Below are positions 28,154-43,233 of a DNA stretch of 64,000 nt, one piece after another (positions within the stretch are counted from its first letter, which is position 1; each line of letters starts with the position of its first letter). A program made the position numbers and the translations under genes. The DNA comes from the human T2T-CHM13v2.0 reference genome, Homo sapiens, in assembly GCF_009914755.1 (NCBI RefSeq), contig NC_060928.1. The stretch is one strand, 5' to 3'. The notes beneath the pieces were generated by a model. It was not told where the DNA came from, did no database searches, and saw only the letters and a list, made by a program, of their open reading frames with translations.

Positions 28154-29399
28154 TTAGGTCCTTATATGCTTCTGATCAAGCATACAAGGTAAAATTGATG
28201 AGGCTGTTAAAAAGTGCATCAGTAGCAGTTGGTGTGGAACACATTCTCAAGGGGGTCACAGGGTGACAGATAGTCCAGGACAGGGAGGAGACAGTGCCAC
28301 GGGGAGGACTCAGCAGGAGGATGCCACGTCGTCAGAGGGAAATGGATACGCCAGACCAGAGCAAAGGGGGGACCCCAGGAGGGCAGAGGATGTGAAAAGC
28401 GTTAGGTGGTTGAGGGCATGGAAGACGTTTTATTTAATAACATTCAAAGCAAGCATCTCAATGGATCAGTAGATGAATATATAGTCTGCATGCCTGCTGA
28501 GTGTCCCAGACTCTAGGCAGCTAGAGAAGAGCTGATCTGGGCACAGGGACCTGGTTAGTGTTTGTAGCTATCGGATGGGTGATGGCGCAGAAGCGGGTTA
28601 TACGTTTTGTAGCCTCCCGAGGACAGAATGGATGTCACTGTGCAGGGGTGACAAGAGACGCTGATTTGAACTCAACTCACAGGGGGGCCTTTGCCAGAGC
28701 CTGAGCTCTGTTGGGGGAGGTTCTGGAGGACAGGCTGAATCACCGGAGTCAGGAGAGGATAGGACGCTTTCAGGATTTTAGCCGGGAGACCCACGTGGGG
28801 ACCCCTGTAACTCTGAGTTTCGGGGGCGCCTTATGAAGAGCTTCAGTGCATTTCCCATCTTTGCTGGCACCCCACATTTTGTGCCCCTGGTAGCTGAGCT
28901 GCTGGGTTCATGAGGATGTGGGAGAATTTGCTGCAGAGTCGTCTGCCACCCACCTCTATGGGTTTCTGAGAATGAGATAATTTTTCGGTTATCCGGATCC
29001 TGAGCGGAGGCAGCGAGCGGTGCCTGTTTTGGCGTTATTGGATTTGGGAGAGTTCGGCAGTACCACTGCCGTGAGATTCGTTTCCTTGGCCTCTCTGACT
29101 CCATTTTTCTCGGGTTTTATGTGGCTGCTCTACTCCTTCCATTGTGTTCTCTCTCTCAACTGCCGCCCCCGTCTTCCTCCTGAGATGTTTACGTGTTGCT
29201 TCTTGCACTCTAAATAAAGACTACATGTTTTCTCTGCTGGCATAAATTCCTCTGTGTGTGTGTGTGTGTCGGTGTGTAAATGCATGTCCGCAGGTGTACA
29301 CGTGAGTGATTCAGCCTGGGGTTCACAATGAGCGTGGCACCCGTAGTGCAATGAAAAGGACATTTTTATGCAGATACGTGATTCATTTTCACCTTGCTG

Positions 29400-30510
29400 A
29401 TCTTAGCCGTAGACATTTTTAAGAAACAGGGGAGGAACCAGCCACCCCCCAAATCCCATGAATCCCACTTCTCGGTGCGATTGGAGTTGTGTTGTAAGCG
29501 CAGGAGAGGCTCCTGCTGAGAGCGAGCTCCTGACATAGTGACCTCATTCCCCACGCCGCCCTCCTCGCAGCGGCAGAAGCCGCACTGGCTGGTGCTGGGT
29601 GAGCTCCACCGCTGCCCGGGCTGCGAGCCTGACGGCTGTGTGTCGGGAATGACGAGACCCAGGCTTGCAAAGACTTGCACGGCAACTGGAATTTATGACA
29701 AATAGCTCACTGCAGCTAAACTTTGATACAGTGTACAGTAGAACCGCCTGTTACACACAGGAGGGAGACGCGTCCTTCGTCACCATGCAAAGCCAGCCTT
29801 AACACAACATAGGAAAATGTGGCAGGTCTCTAATTACGGACTGGTGAGTATATGACGCCAGATCAATTTTAATGTGTGTGTTCTCTCTTCAAGCATCTGG
29901 AGGTATGTGCCCTTTTTACCTTTTTCATGATTAAAAAAATATGAGTTGGTGCTAATGCATGGGAGGGGACCTGGGCCCCTTGGAGAGGAGAGTGTGCCCC
30001 TCGCCACCCCGCGCCTGGGGTACATTCTGACCTCGCGTCTCCGCACTGCACAGACAAAGGAGCCTGCACAGACAAACAGAGGCTGTAGCTTTTCTTGGAG
30101 CGATGACTCATTTCAGTTCACAAAGGATTCTGGGCAGGGCAGTGAGAAGTCAGGTTGGCTGATCCGTCCCTGTGACTTCACTTTGCAGAGAACAAGCAGA
30201 AGAGGAGTGACACTGCAGATTCCGAGGCACTGCAGTGGGATGTTGGCTCAGCAAGTGGCTGTGATGTACGGGATAGGCATGGAACAGGATTCCAGCTGTT
30301 CCATGCAAATAGGATAAAAGAATGGTAAAGAGGATTCCTTTTTTTTTCCCTCCTCAAAACGTTACCAGCAAAGTACATTCACAGAGCCTTTTTAAGGTGC
30401 CTTTTGCCAGCTTTTGAACTGAACTTGTACCAGTATCTCAAGCCCTGAATTGTAAGAAGAGCTGAGAGTTCTGGAACTCATTTTTAAAAAGTAGATCTAC
30501 GAAGGTAAAG
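29400..30510 (+). promoter_or_regulatory. Putative internal STOX2 promoter and non-coding 5' exons
   Basis: Local GC/CpG enrichment against an AT-rich intron. Inverted CCAAT (attgg) at 29480. Consensus donor CTG|gtgagt at 29843/29844 and AAG|gtaaag at 30504/30505, both upstream of the 30611 acceptor. Confidence 0.55.
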
Positions 30511-30705
30511 TACCAGATTCCTCTTGTGTTCCACGGGCCCTCAGTAGCCAATCTGAAATGCTCATTTAGGATACTATGACTTGAAACTTTACTCTTTCTT
30601 CTTATTCCAGATTCTAGGACGTCCGTTTCTGTTACTGGCTCCTTCTTGTGCTTGGATGCAGCTCCCTAGCATGCACCAGGCTTTAGCGTCAGTGCTACCT
30701 GGGGG

Positions 30706-30730
30706 ATGGAGCCAGTCCAGAAAGGGCCAG
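30706..30730 (+). CDS. STOX2: Putative alternative first coding segment of STOX2 (MEPVQKGP + 1 nt) inside exon 30611-30730
   Basis: Strong Kozak gggATGG at 30706. Its 25 nt end at donor CAG|gtaggt in phase 1, which matches exon 2. Upstream acceptor tctttcttcttattccag at 30610. Confidence 0.75.
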
Positions 30731-31059
30731 GTAGGTTTCCCCTGCTTTTATTTCAACAGTTGTTGTGTGCAAAGGAATATGGTGAAATGTCAGCACCACC
30801 CGTGAAGAGGGTGCACGGTCCTCTGAGAAGTCTTGCTGTTCCGCTCCTCCCGCAGCCTCAATCTTAGGCAGTCCAGGTCCTCCCACTGTGGGCTGCCCAC
30901 CACACACGACCTCACCAGCCCAGGTCATCCCAGAGCTGCTCACGGGGACCGAGAAGTCCACAGCAGCAGGATTTGCCAATAGGAAATAATCAGACTGCCC
31001 CAGATTTCCCTCAGCTGTATATCTATCTCGCTCGCTGCTCTGAGGGAGGCATTCAGTAA

Positions 31060-31414
<355 letters not shown>

Positions 31415-32488
31415 TCGACATTTTTTCTTACCAATTAATATATAGTGCCCGAAATTTTGCATACTGTTTGGCCTGTTAACCTACATGCAATGCACTAAAA
31501 TCCAAGAAAGCCTGATTTATGTGCCCAGGGACTGTTTCCAAGACTAACATCATATTGAGGCTGCTGTTAACTGCTAAGGAAGTAAGCATATTTCATCATA
31601 GTCTGCTTTAGGATTCAGATTATGACAGAGCTGTTTTCTTACAACATCCATGGGCTTTTCACACGAAAGCTTTTTAAAAAAACATGACAACGAAATGGTA
31701 AATTTTGGTCCTCAAAAGTACATTACATGCCTCATTTCCAAAGTGAGACTTGGCACATCTGAAAGCATGGCTTTACCCCCTCATCACATGGATGGTTTCA
31801 GCACTGTTACAGATATTTCTGAGAGTGTTGAATCCCGTATGTAATAGGTAAGAATTTTTAGAACATGTTTAAAGGCAGATGTTCAAGACCCCTTGAACAT
31901 CTTCTTTCTCTTCGCAGTCACATCCATCTCATAGCTCACCCTGTCACAGAAGAAAAGAGAGCATGTTTCCTTTCTCCACTGTCAGAGGTCTCTTCTTTCT
32001 GCATAGCAGTTTGCATCTTCAGAGCAACGTTGAGGATGCTGAGTCAGGTTTAAAGGATGTTTGGTCAGAAAAAACACAAGCATGGTATGTTGCAAATACA
32101 GTTCCATCATGTCCTCACACCCATCAATTCTACCCATCCTTAAGGACCTATTCCAAATCTCTGTCCCCTGGAAAGTTCTCCCTAATCACCCCAACAGGAG
32201 GTCATTTCTAAATCCTTGAAACTCCCATTATAGAGTTAAGTTTCTATTCATTCATGTGTTTTCTTGCTATAGCTCTTCTAAGGGTGTTTTGAACAGCAAT
32301 GTGTATATTTCATGATGCTTTATATTTTCACACATGTATATCTTATATTCCCACCTAAATTGTAATCTCATTGAAGGCAGAGATCAAGATTTATGCTTTT
32401 TTCTGCTGTCTACATCTCCTAGCAGTTCCCTACACATGGAACCCTTTCAATAAATAGTTGAATAGGAAGAGGGGCAGTTTAAAAAGCA

Positions 32489-32491
<3 letters not shown>

Positions 32492-32526
<35 letters not shown>
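32492..32526. repeat. Poly(T)35
   Basis: Direct reading. No adjacent Alu body. Confidence 0.95.
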
Positions 32527-32527
<1 letters not shown>

Positions 32528-33307
32528 GTCATAGAGAGTTAGAATGATCTGGTTTTGCTAATTTTAAGAATCTTCACAGGGTATATTCAGGCTAAGGTGG
32601 ACCTCAGGAGTCATGCATGCCACTCTAGAAGTTGTGATGGTTCTTACCCTGAGACAGTGTCACAGCCAGGAAGCTGCCTTACCCTGCTTGTAAAGAACTG
32701 TTGCCGTAAAGGACAAATGAGCATGTGGACATTGATCACGGTTTACTTGAATTATATTGGACAAGCCATCCTTAAGTTATGAGGAGTATGCCGAATTCGG
32801 GAAGTTTAGGTGAAAGTCACTTTTTTGACTCCTACAGGACATTTTCCTTAGAAGAAAGAGCCAGAATGGTTACTAATAATTCGGATCATATCAGAAATTA
32901 TTTAACTCCTGGTGTCACTGATTTTTAATACTAAGAGTACTTATTTAAGTCCTGAGTTTCCTTTCCCTTTCTTAGGTAATGGATTGGCCCAACCTAAGTT
33001 TTGAAATAGGTCAACATCCTTTGATATCCTTGTAATTCTCTATCCACACTATTTCCCATCTCCTAGTGCCTTTTTCTCTCCAAAGTCCCTAGTGTAATGC
33101 ATGTTTGCACTCCCAGCCTGGTGATGCATCCCAAATGCTATGTGTTCTATATATCTGATTAAAGTAATCTTATTAAACTACTTCATACTAGTATAAGGAA
33201 GACCTCTGCACTCTTAGCCTTCCCAAAGATATTTTAGTTTTTTAAAAAGGCTTATTTTTAGGTACAAACAAATTTTCCATTGGTAGAAATTCAAACACTG
33301 TAAATGA

Positions 33308-33634
<327 letters not shown>

Positions 33635-33649
33635 AGGGAAGATATTTTT

Positions 33650-33900
33650 AATACTAGCTACTATTTATTAAACATGTATTAGGTCTCAGGGACAGGGTAA
33701 GCACTCAACATCCATTATCTCATTTAATCCCCTCAGTGAGTCTACAAGGTAAACATCATTATGTATACTTCACAAAAGAAAAAATTGAAACTCAAAAAAT
33801 TAAATAATTTGCCCCAAATCACACAACCAGTGAGGAGCAGAACTGGGCTCTGAACCTAAAGTTTTGACTACAAAGCCCATGGCTTTTAACACCATCTTGT
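33650..33900 (-). mobile_element. MIR
   Basis: attatctcatttaatcc...aaaattgaaactcaaaaaattaaataatttgccccaaatcacac. Confidence 0.75.
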
Positions 33901-36900
33901 AATGCTGAATTGAAGAGAGAAAAGTTACTTAATTGTACAGCGACTTAGACGTTTCCTCTGTGTATCTGATCTGATCCCCTATCCTTTCTTTCATGCCTCT
34001 GAATTCTGACATAGTCCTTTCATAATGACCTCCATGGCAGTTGGAAGGGGTAGAAGCGTGTTCGGTTTTAGGGGGGTTGGTTGGTAGCAGTCAATCGGTA
34101 CAATTTTGTTGTAATTTGGGAACTGTCAACCTGTCCATATTTGTAGTTTATTTAATTAGGCCTTCCTGTCCTATTACAATTGTATTTTACAGAAATCAGT
34201 CCCACTACAGTTGTCATCCCTAAACTGATGAAGCAGAGAATACAAAGACTGAGAAATAGCTCTGGTGATTCCAACTTAAAAAGAGGGAAAGTGAATGTGT
34301 GACCTAGAGTTGTTAGATGATTTATTAAGCTGAAGTTGGGAAATATCATCAGTGGAAACTGGAGCATCTAATGTCTAGTGTTAGGCCAGGTTATGCTGCA
34401 GAATGAACATGAAGGAGAAGTACAGGGTGGCTTAAAATAGGAATTTATGTTCTTTCTTATGTGATGCACTTAAGGAAAAGGAAGACGTCATGTTCCTCAG
34501 GTGCTCTTGTTGGTCAGGTGCTTTACAGAATTTCAGGACATCTGGGAGATCTTACTAATTGTTATCATCTAGGACTGGTATTTCATCATAACTTTATCCT
34601 TGTTGGTAAGTGGCTTTACCTTCATTCTGGTTGAAGGACTGGAGCACAAGTGGCAGCTGGTGTTGGAAAACATCTTGTAAGGTAGCAGGGCCTTGCCTCT
34701 TCTTGTTTATGTACGTAGGACCTTTTGATTCTACAAGCATTTGAGGACCTGCCGTGTGAAAGCATTCGGCTAGGTTTTATTCCATGTGCCTAGCACGTAC
34801 CACCCTGGACCTAGCTGATGGGTTATAGTGTGGAGCCTTAGCAAAGGCGTTAATTACGAAATTAACCTGATTGGTCCCAGGGCTCATATTCCATCCTACC
34901 TTTTCTGCTATGCATCTATTGCAAATAGCTAAATGGTCCAACAGAAGTGTTAGTTGTTCCTATCAGAGACGTCAGGAATCACCTCTGGCGGTGGGGAAGG
35001 TGGCTCTTGGCCAGGGCGCTCTCACCCACCCCTGCCCACGAGGATGGCCCCTTTCTGCCCGATGCTCTACCCTTTCTGCCTTATCTGTCTCTATTTATTC
35101 TGTGATAAGCTTTTACCTGTAGTCAAATCTCAGTAACAAGAGCAATAGCTAATGTGACTAACGAAAGGTTGCGGACTGGGAGGATCATGAGCTTCTTCTG
35201 TAGACCAATGAGCCAATTAATTCGTTACTTCACATAGTGGCATTAGACAGACTGGTCAGCACAAAGGCCCGGGTGACGTGGGGGATGTTAACTCATTCTT
35301 TTGGGTGCCCTTGGCCACCGTGTTACTCTCGTTTAACTTTATTCCCATTAGAAGTTTCTTAGTAAGTAATAGCTAATGGACACCAGTATTTCAGTATGAT
35401 TAATGAGTGTCTTCTGTTTACGCTCTCTTGATTAAAATGATTTACTCAAATAATAGCTTAGGAATTGGACCTGCTTTAAGATACCCATTAAGTGTTGAAG
35501 TAAAGCATTAGGAAACATTTTTAAAGTTGTTATAGAATCTCTAAATATTCTAAAATTCCTTTTTTATGCTGTTTCCTTCAGTTGACTATTGCCATCGGGC
35601 TCAGCCTTCAACTTTTGAAATCAGTGGCATTTGAAACAAACCTACAGTAAACTAGTAAAAGTGCCTTTTCATTGCCAGTTTTCTTCTGAATGTCAAATAC
35701 AAACATTCGAAAGTCAAGAATAGTCATCTGGTTTCAAAGGAAAGCTGCTTAAAACGCAGGAGCATGTGAGGTAATGGGAGCCGTCTGCTCTGCCCCCACC
35801 AGATGGGTGCTGTGGTCTTCAAGAGAGCGCATAGGAAAGAAGTATGTGGGTTTTTTTAGAACAGCTTTTTAAAAAATACTGTAGTAGGCCTTCTGTTAAA
35901 AGAGCCAAACAGCATTAATACATAAAATTGGGGTTAATAAATTGAATTAAATTGTAAAACACAAGATTTGTCTGAGGCGCTGCATCCGAGAAGTTGTTCA
36001 CTTGACTGTAACCCCAGAAAGCGGGTGATTTCCCCAAGCCCAAGGGCATTTAAGATAAAACTTGGCGAAAGAATCGTTTTCTGAAGAGTGTGCGGAGAGG
36101 AATAGAGTTGTGTTGTCCCCATGCCCATAGTGCATTTTATAGACATGTTTGACTATTTTTATGAGGAATCACGGTATCTACTACTTGTGGTAATTTTATG
36201 GCATCCGTGATTTTAACTTGCGTGTTAATTTTGGCGGTGCAGAGAACAAAAGGGGCACACATTAGTCCTGAGGAACAAAGCTGAGCAAGACTTTGAATTT
36301 AGAAAGAGAAAATGATGAAGCCTTTATTGTAAGGGAAGAAAAAATTATTAGCCAGTATATGGAGCCATTTCTTTGAAAATTAAAGCCCAACTTTTTCAGT
36401 TCAGATGAGTGTTAAAATAGTGTCCCCAGCGTGATGGAAGCAGAGCTAGACACCCGTGCCATATGATGCTTTTATGCCAGAATTCTGCTGCATTCATATA
36501 GGATCACAGGATTTAGGAGGCTGAAGGAATCTTTGAAATCATTTCATCCAAACTCTCATTTTACAGATGAGGAAACGGGCGCAGAGCGGATAATTGTATT
36601 TTGTTTTAAGAGACTGGGTACTTATCAAAATATCTCTTGAATGCTTTTTTTATATTGGGAATTTCTCAATTATAAACTAGTACAGTTTCAGAACCACATT
36701 CTTAAGTGGGTTGTTTTGGTACAAGAATTTCATTAATGTCAAAGATAACTCTTCAACCCAGAGAATAGATTACATTAACACTTGCAATGAAAAACAGTAC
36801 CTTAAAAGGAAAACAGGATAATTCATATGGAATGTTGGTGCTTGAAAAAAAAATTATTTAAAGAAAGCTAAGATAGAGGATGGAGGCTGGTACTTTCCAG

Positions 36901-37200
36901 GCTGTTTACTGTGATGCAGTTTGCCTGGGGAAATTCTGGCTTTCCTTTTCTTACACAGTTGTATGAGGATGGGTACTTTAAGATGAAATGACATAGTTTT
37001 ATGTTGGCTTTTGTAGCAGGTATCTTTTGGAAAGCTACGGATGTCACCCAGGAAGGAGCAGGTGTAAGCTGTTGTGAAAGTCATATCCCAGGAGCGGTGC
37101 TGGTCTCCTGCGTGTGCACAGGCTGAGAAGTTCCTGGAACCTCAATTAATGACTGCAAAAAGTGAAAATGCCACTTATAAAGGACAGGGCTTTATTTTAG

Positions 37201-37202
<2 letters not shown>

Positions 37203-37232
<30 letters not shown>
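37203..37232. repeat. Poly(T)30
   Basis: Direct reading. No adjacent Alu body. Confidence 0.95.
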
Positions 37233-37234
<2 letters not shown>

Positions 37235-38894
37235 ACAAATAGAACCGAGATAAGAACAGTTTTGGAACTTGAGTGCTTAAAGGTATTTGATGTAAAATAG
37301 GCATTCAGATATTTCTTGAAAGGATGAATTATGTGAGAGAGAGTTTTTTTTAAAATAACTCCAACTAAAGTAATGGGCCAGAAGTTGGAAGGGGAAAATA
37401 GATAGAGGGATTTAAATAGTGAAAATGGATGCGCTTGATAAAGCTATTTCCTGAGGTAGGGGTGACTAGCTGTAGACAATCCAAGAGCAGGTTGGCGTCT
37501 GCAGGACATCTGCCTGTTGTCCGTTGTGCGAGTGATTTTAGGAATCACCAGCTCTTTCTCCAGAGTTGCACAAGAGTGATTTTCTCATGCAAGCATATCA
37601 TGTGATTTGTCTGTATGAAAACAGGGGCAGTGCCTCGTCACCGTCAAGAATAAGATCTAAGCCTTCTTGTCAACCAGGATCTGGCCCCTTTTTTCTCTGT
37701 ATCTCACCACCAGCCTGCCCCAGGGGAGCCTGAACCTGCCGCAGCTCCCCAGTCTCAGCTCCCCGGGCTGCCTGGGCTCAGCATGCTGCACCCCCGTGCT
37801 GGCTGGGCTGTTCCGCCTCTCCTGGAGGGGGTCCGTCTTCCATGCCCCTCATCATCCACCCGGCTACTCTTTCTCTTCATGCCAGTCAGCCGACAATGAC
37901 CTCACATGAAAGCAGTGTCCACATTTTCACTCATGCATTTTAAATGTTAAATACTCTTAAAACAGAAGTTTACTTACAATTGTAATATTTTCATGTCTTT
38001 TCACATTTTAAGCTCGCTTAAAAATCTATGGAATGCTTCCTCTGTCCAAGGCACTGAGTTTGGTTTTATCTGAAATAGCCTAGATTTGACAAAAGTCCTC
38101 TGAGGACTGTACTTAAATGGATGTTTGTAAGAAAATAAAGCTGAACTAAAATCTATCTACTCCTTTTTTAGAACAATAGGACAGAATTATAGCAGTTTAG
38201 AAAGAATTTTTTAGCTGACAAAGTGCCAATGTGCTTTAAGATGAGTTGTCGTTATGAATGTGTTCTGAACTAATTCTGACGATGGAAAAATCCATCCTAT
38301 AAATTATAGACAAGTAAATTATAATCCACATTTCATGCAAAATATGGTAGTTTCTGTAGATAATGTAGATTATCGTGACCAACAATATTTTAGCAGTACC
38401 TACATTCTCCTTTTTTCTTCTTTGAATAAATAAATGTGGTCCGGTAGTTGGAAGAATTTTCTAGTAGCATATCTTAAAAATGACTAGTTGGCTCGTTAAG
38501 CAGGTTTATATAAGATCCACAGAAGATTATGGTAAACTTGAATAATGTTTATGTTGTGTTGAGAGATACCTGTGATTCCTTTAATACAGATCTTAAATGC
38601 ATGTTCTAAACTTCACTTAATATATAATTATTCTTTTAAAAAATTTACTCATTTTTATTAATTTTTAATTTCTTATTGCTATATAATAGTTGTGTTATAA
38701 AGTTATTTTTCTATAGTAACTGCTGTGTTTGGAGGCCTATTTCTCATGCAGTTAATTGGGGGAGTCTTAGAAATTGCATGGGTAAACTTATTTGTTCTCT
38801 TTTTGTTTGCTATTATTTAGCAAAAATATTAATAAAATTACAGTCCTTTAAGATGACTAAGAAATTCCTTAGATTATCATGTTAAAAATGGATA

Positions 38895-39640
38895 TTCATT
38901 CATTCAACAAATATTTGTTGGGTAAGCACTGCATCATTCTAGGTGCTGGGAATGTGGCATTCACGTTGCCTTCTGTCATGGAGCTTACATTCAAGTGGGT
39001 GAGACAGACAGTAAACCAGTGAACCAAACGCACATGCACACATGCAGGGAGAGAAGACAGTAAACTCGGCTGTGATGGAATGGCAGTAGACCAGACAGTC
39101 AGGTTAGGGCTTTCTGATGAGGTGCCATTTGAATTGAGACCTAAAGCATGAAAAGCCAGTCTTGAAAGGTCGACCCAAGGAGCATCCCAGGCCAAGGGCA
39201 CAAAAAATACAAAGGCCCTGAGTTGAGGAAATGCCTGACATGTTCAAAGAACAGAGGAGGTCGTGAGTGGCAAGTAAGGATGGAGGTGGGAGTGGTCCTA
39301 GCATAGGGTGGACAGGCTCAGGCCACGTGGGCCCGTGTAGGCCTACCAAGGAGTTCAGCTTCTCTTCTAAGTGCAGTAGGCAGTCCCTGGAGGATTTTAT
39401 GCAGGGAAGTGGTGTGTTTTTTGTTTTCCTAAGAGGACCTTGCCTGCTCTGTGGAGAGGGGAGTGTTGGAGGCAGGAGGGAAGGCTGAACATCATCAAGT
39501 TCTTATGAAGGACCAGGTGAGAGATGATGGCAGTTTAAGGGAGCTCCAGGGATAGAATCCAGGGGACAGGCCAGGAAGCATTTGGGTGTAGACAGGATTG
39601 CTGATGGGATTGGGGATGGGAAAGGAGTTGAAAGTAATAT
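38895..39640 (-). mobile_element. L2 3' fragment
   Basis: ttcattcattcaacaaatatttgttgg and catggagcttacattcaagtgg. Confidence 0.85.
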
Positions 39641-40454
39641 ATCTTAGTGCAGCACAAAAATGAGATGAGGTGGAGACAGTTACTTAGAACATCCAAATTC
39701 CATTTTGTTCTACATTCTGAGTTAAAAGTTATTGCCCATATTCATTATTATAGTGAAACTGAGCTTTTCCAAAGTAAATGCCATTCAGACACACTTAAAG
39801 CATGCTGCCTCTTGGAGTTGGCTGCAATGAATGAAAAGAAATTAACTGAGAATATGGCAGTGAAACCAAACAAATTGTTTCAGCTAAACCCATAAGGACA
39901 AGCATGACCTAAACCAAAGCAGTTAATTAATTTTGCTAATAGTCATTTCTTTTTTACAGAGAGTTCGAGTTTCCTCTTATGACCTATACAAAAATCTGGA
40001 AATAGTCCGGCCTGCATTTTGGGGATCATATTTAGTATTTTTGTATCTTTCATCTTCTGAGATGTTCTTAGTTATATAATAGGCACACGTTGGAAGGTAT
40101 TAACTTCTCAAGTGATACCCAAGTCCAGAGGTTCTGGAATCTGCATTGATCCTGTCCCTCTTTGCCAGCTGATCCCATCTTCCTTTTCATCTGACTTTAA
40201 AAATCATCCCAGGTGACTTTCAGGTCCATATGGCTAACTTAGCACCTCTGTAAGAAAGCCGGCCTCAGTGCCCCTGTCCTATCCAGTGGAGGTGGAGTGA
40301 GAGAGAAGGAACTACAGGCCGGTGTCTCAGACTGTCTGTGCCTGAGCTGTAGGGCCTGCGGTACGGAGGGCAGAGTCAAACAGGTGAACTTCCCAACTCC
40401 CACCTCTGCTGCAGCTTGCATCAGCACTCAGCCAATCTTCACACATTTCTTATG

Positions 40455-40750
<296 letters not shown>

Positions 40751-40781
40751 CACATTAGGTTTTAGAGTAAGACTTCATTTG

Positions 40782-41000
40782 GGCTGGGCATGGTGGCTCA
40801 CACCTGTAATTCCAGCGCTTTAAGAGGTGGCCGGACTGTAGTCCTAGCTATTTGGAAGCCTGAGGTAGGAGGATCTCTTGAGTTCAAGGTTGCAGTGAGC
40901 TATGATTGTGCCATTTCACTCTAGCCTGAGCCACAGAGCCAGACCCTGTCTCAAAAAAGCAAACAAACAAAAAAACAAAAACAAATGAACAAACAAAAAA
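40782..41000 (+). mobile_element. AluJ with internal deletion
   Basis: ggctgggcatggtggctcacacctgtaat...gagctatgattgtgcca...gaccctgtctcaaaa. Confidence 0.85.
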
Positions 41001-42329
41001 ACCCAGCTTTTTTTGTAGGAAAAAAAAGGATATGACAAATCTTTTCTTTAAGATTTAAATACATTGTTCTAGGCCGTTGGAAACTTACCCACTGAGGTGG
41101 TCCCAGCCCACGTCATTCTATCATTCTGTCATTTTTGAGTTACCAATACGAACTGAGCTTCACCAGCCAATGAATGAAACTCACATCCCCCAAAATGGCC
41201 CCAAGTTCACACTCGGTCTCGCCTGCTACTGCCCCACAAAATATTACAAGAATTTTTCTGAGGGTGTCTCTTTATGATGCCTATGACCCATAGGCCCCAG
41301 ACATTTGTGGCTTCTAAGCTAGGTCAGTTCCTGGCTTCTGCTGATTTTTCTCCCTTCCTCCTTTTCTGGATGTGGGTACTCCTGTCTCCCTCTGGCCACT
41401 GGGACAACGTCTTATCCTCCTCATATCCATCTTGCAGAGAGTGGAGCTACAGTAGAGCTGATGGGAGCCCCATGTGGTCCAGGGAAAGGGGGGCGTTGAA
41501 CTGAGCTGGGTTTGGGAAGGGGGTGAGGCCTGAGCCTTGGGCACTGGAGTCCTGCTGCTTCCTCCGAGGCACCTGTTGGACTCTCCCCGTACGTGCTGAT
41601 CTTTGTCCCAGGCCCTGCTGCCTGATTTCATCGAGCAAACCATTTCTCTCCTAGCCCATCAAAGCAGCAAGTTTTTCCCCATAGGGACTCTGCACTCCTC
41701 CTGCAAACTAGGAACTGTGGCTGGGCATGGCTTTAAGTGCCTGACAGTGAGGAGGTTGGTCCACCTCAGAGCAGCCAGACACCTTGTCGGGGAGGGTGTT
41801 GCTTAATGCTACAGGCCGACCTGAGTCTCGGTTTTGGTCAACCATGGTAGCTTATTACAAGCATGCTTCAGAAACAAAAAAGGCTAGATTATGGAAGTAC
41901 ATTTAGGAAATCAGATTAGAAACTTAACAGACCCTGTGAGCCCTTCTATGTTCTACTGTGTTGATAGTTTGCATCCTCCTCGTGTAGGACATCTTTTCAA
42001 ATGCAACCTTGGAGAACCCCAGGTATAAAACAGGTGGCACCCAGGTGTCAGGAGCGAACTTTCCTGCCCTCCCAGCCTCTGCTTCTACTGGGGGCACCTC
42101 CATCCCAGAAATATTCCAAGAAATTCTAGGGATCCTTGGAGCATCACTTGAAAATCACTGACTGCACTGTGGTATAAAGACTTGAGAAATGAAGACAGAT
42201 ATTTGCATTGTAGGTTGACATCTCAAGAGTCACCGTCCATCACCCCTCCGATGCAGGGTCTTCAGCCTCTCCTGCCTCCACTGGCCCTTTTAGTGTGCAG
42301 GAGGCCACATTCTCTGAGGGAATTGTAAT

Positions 42330-42860
42330 CTGCCTTCTCCCACTCCTCCCAGCCATCATCCCCACGGCCACCACAGTCATCTTTCTGAAATCCACACCTG
42401 CCTTCAGCCTTCCATGGCTCACCACCCCTCATAGAATGCAGAGCTTGGACACTCAGCTCTTTATTCATGGTCGTCCCTACCTACCTGTCCCCCTTCGCTT
42501 CTGTGCCCCAGAAAACATCTGCTTATAGGTCCCAGCCCCGCAGGGACACACCTACTCTTGAACACTGGGTTCAGATTACACTTCCTTGGTGGAACCTTGG
42601 AAATTCCTGCTTCTGAGCCCCACCCTCGCCTCCCAGAGGTGTTATCCTTCCTCGACTCTCAGCACCCAGGTGTTGTTCTGTTCTCTTGTGTGCCTGCCAC
42701 GCAGCATTGCGAACTTCGTTCGATCTACTTGTCTGTCTTCTCCACTTAAATAGAAACTGAGGGCAGAGATGTTTGGGGAGAGGCGCGCACTCTGTCTCTG
42801 CAGCTCCCGTTCCCCCAGCAGACACGTAAACGCGTTCAATGTGTGAATGAATGAATCATC
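42330..42860 (+). mobile_element. L2 fragment
   Basis: Ends gtgtgaatgaatgaat. cacggccaccacagtcatctttctgaaat is L2-like. Confidence 0.65.
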
Positions 42861-43233
42861 AAGTTACACAAATGCAATTTGTCGGGATATGAATGGCAGT
42901 TATTAAATAAATCAGCTCCAAGTTAATAAAAACGGAAATAAAAGCCTGTTGTTGCAAGACTTTCAGTACTAGGACTATTTAAATGAGATCTCGGATGTTA
43001 AAGGGAAGTTTTATTTGTTGAGGCAGTAGGAGCTTCCACTGCGTGTGGAAGTCTTTCCACCTGAGTGGAATTGGCTGTGGCTTCTGTGTTCAGAGTGGAA
43101 TTGGCAAGCAGCTGCTATGTTCGGAGCTGACTGTGTTCGTCAGACCAGGGCCAGATGGACGCGTGAAGGCGTGTGTCTGACAGATGACCGGGTCTTTTAA
43201 TGAACCACTCACTTGAAAATTGTCTTTCTGCAG

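Noticed and set aside
43033-43105. Small hairpin cttccac-tgcgt-gtggaag and repeated gagtggaattggc upstream of exon 2
   Set aside because: Too short to distinguish from chance or trivial slippage without conservation data.
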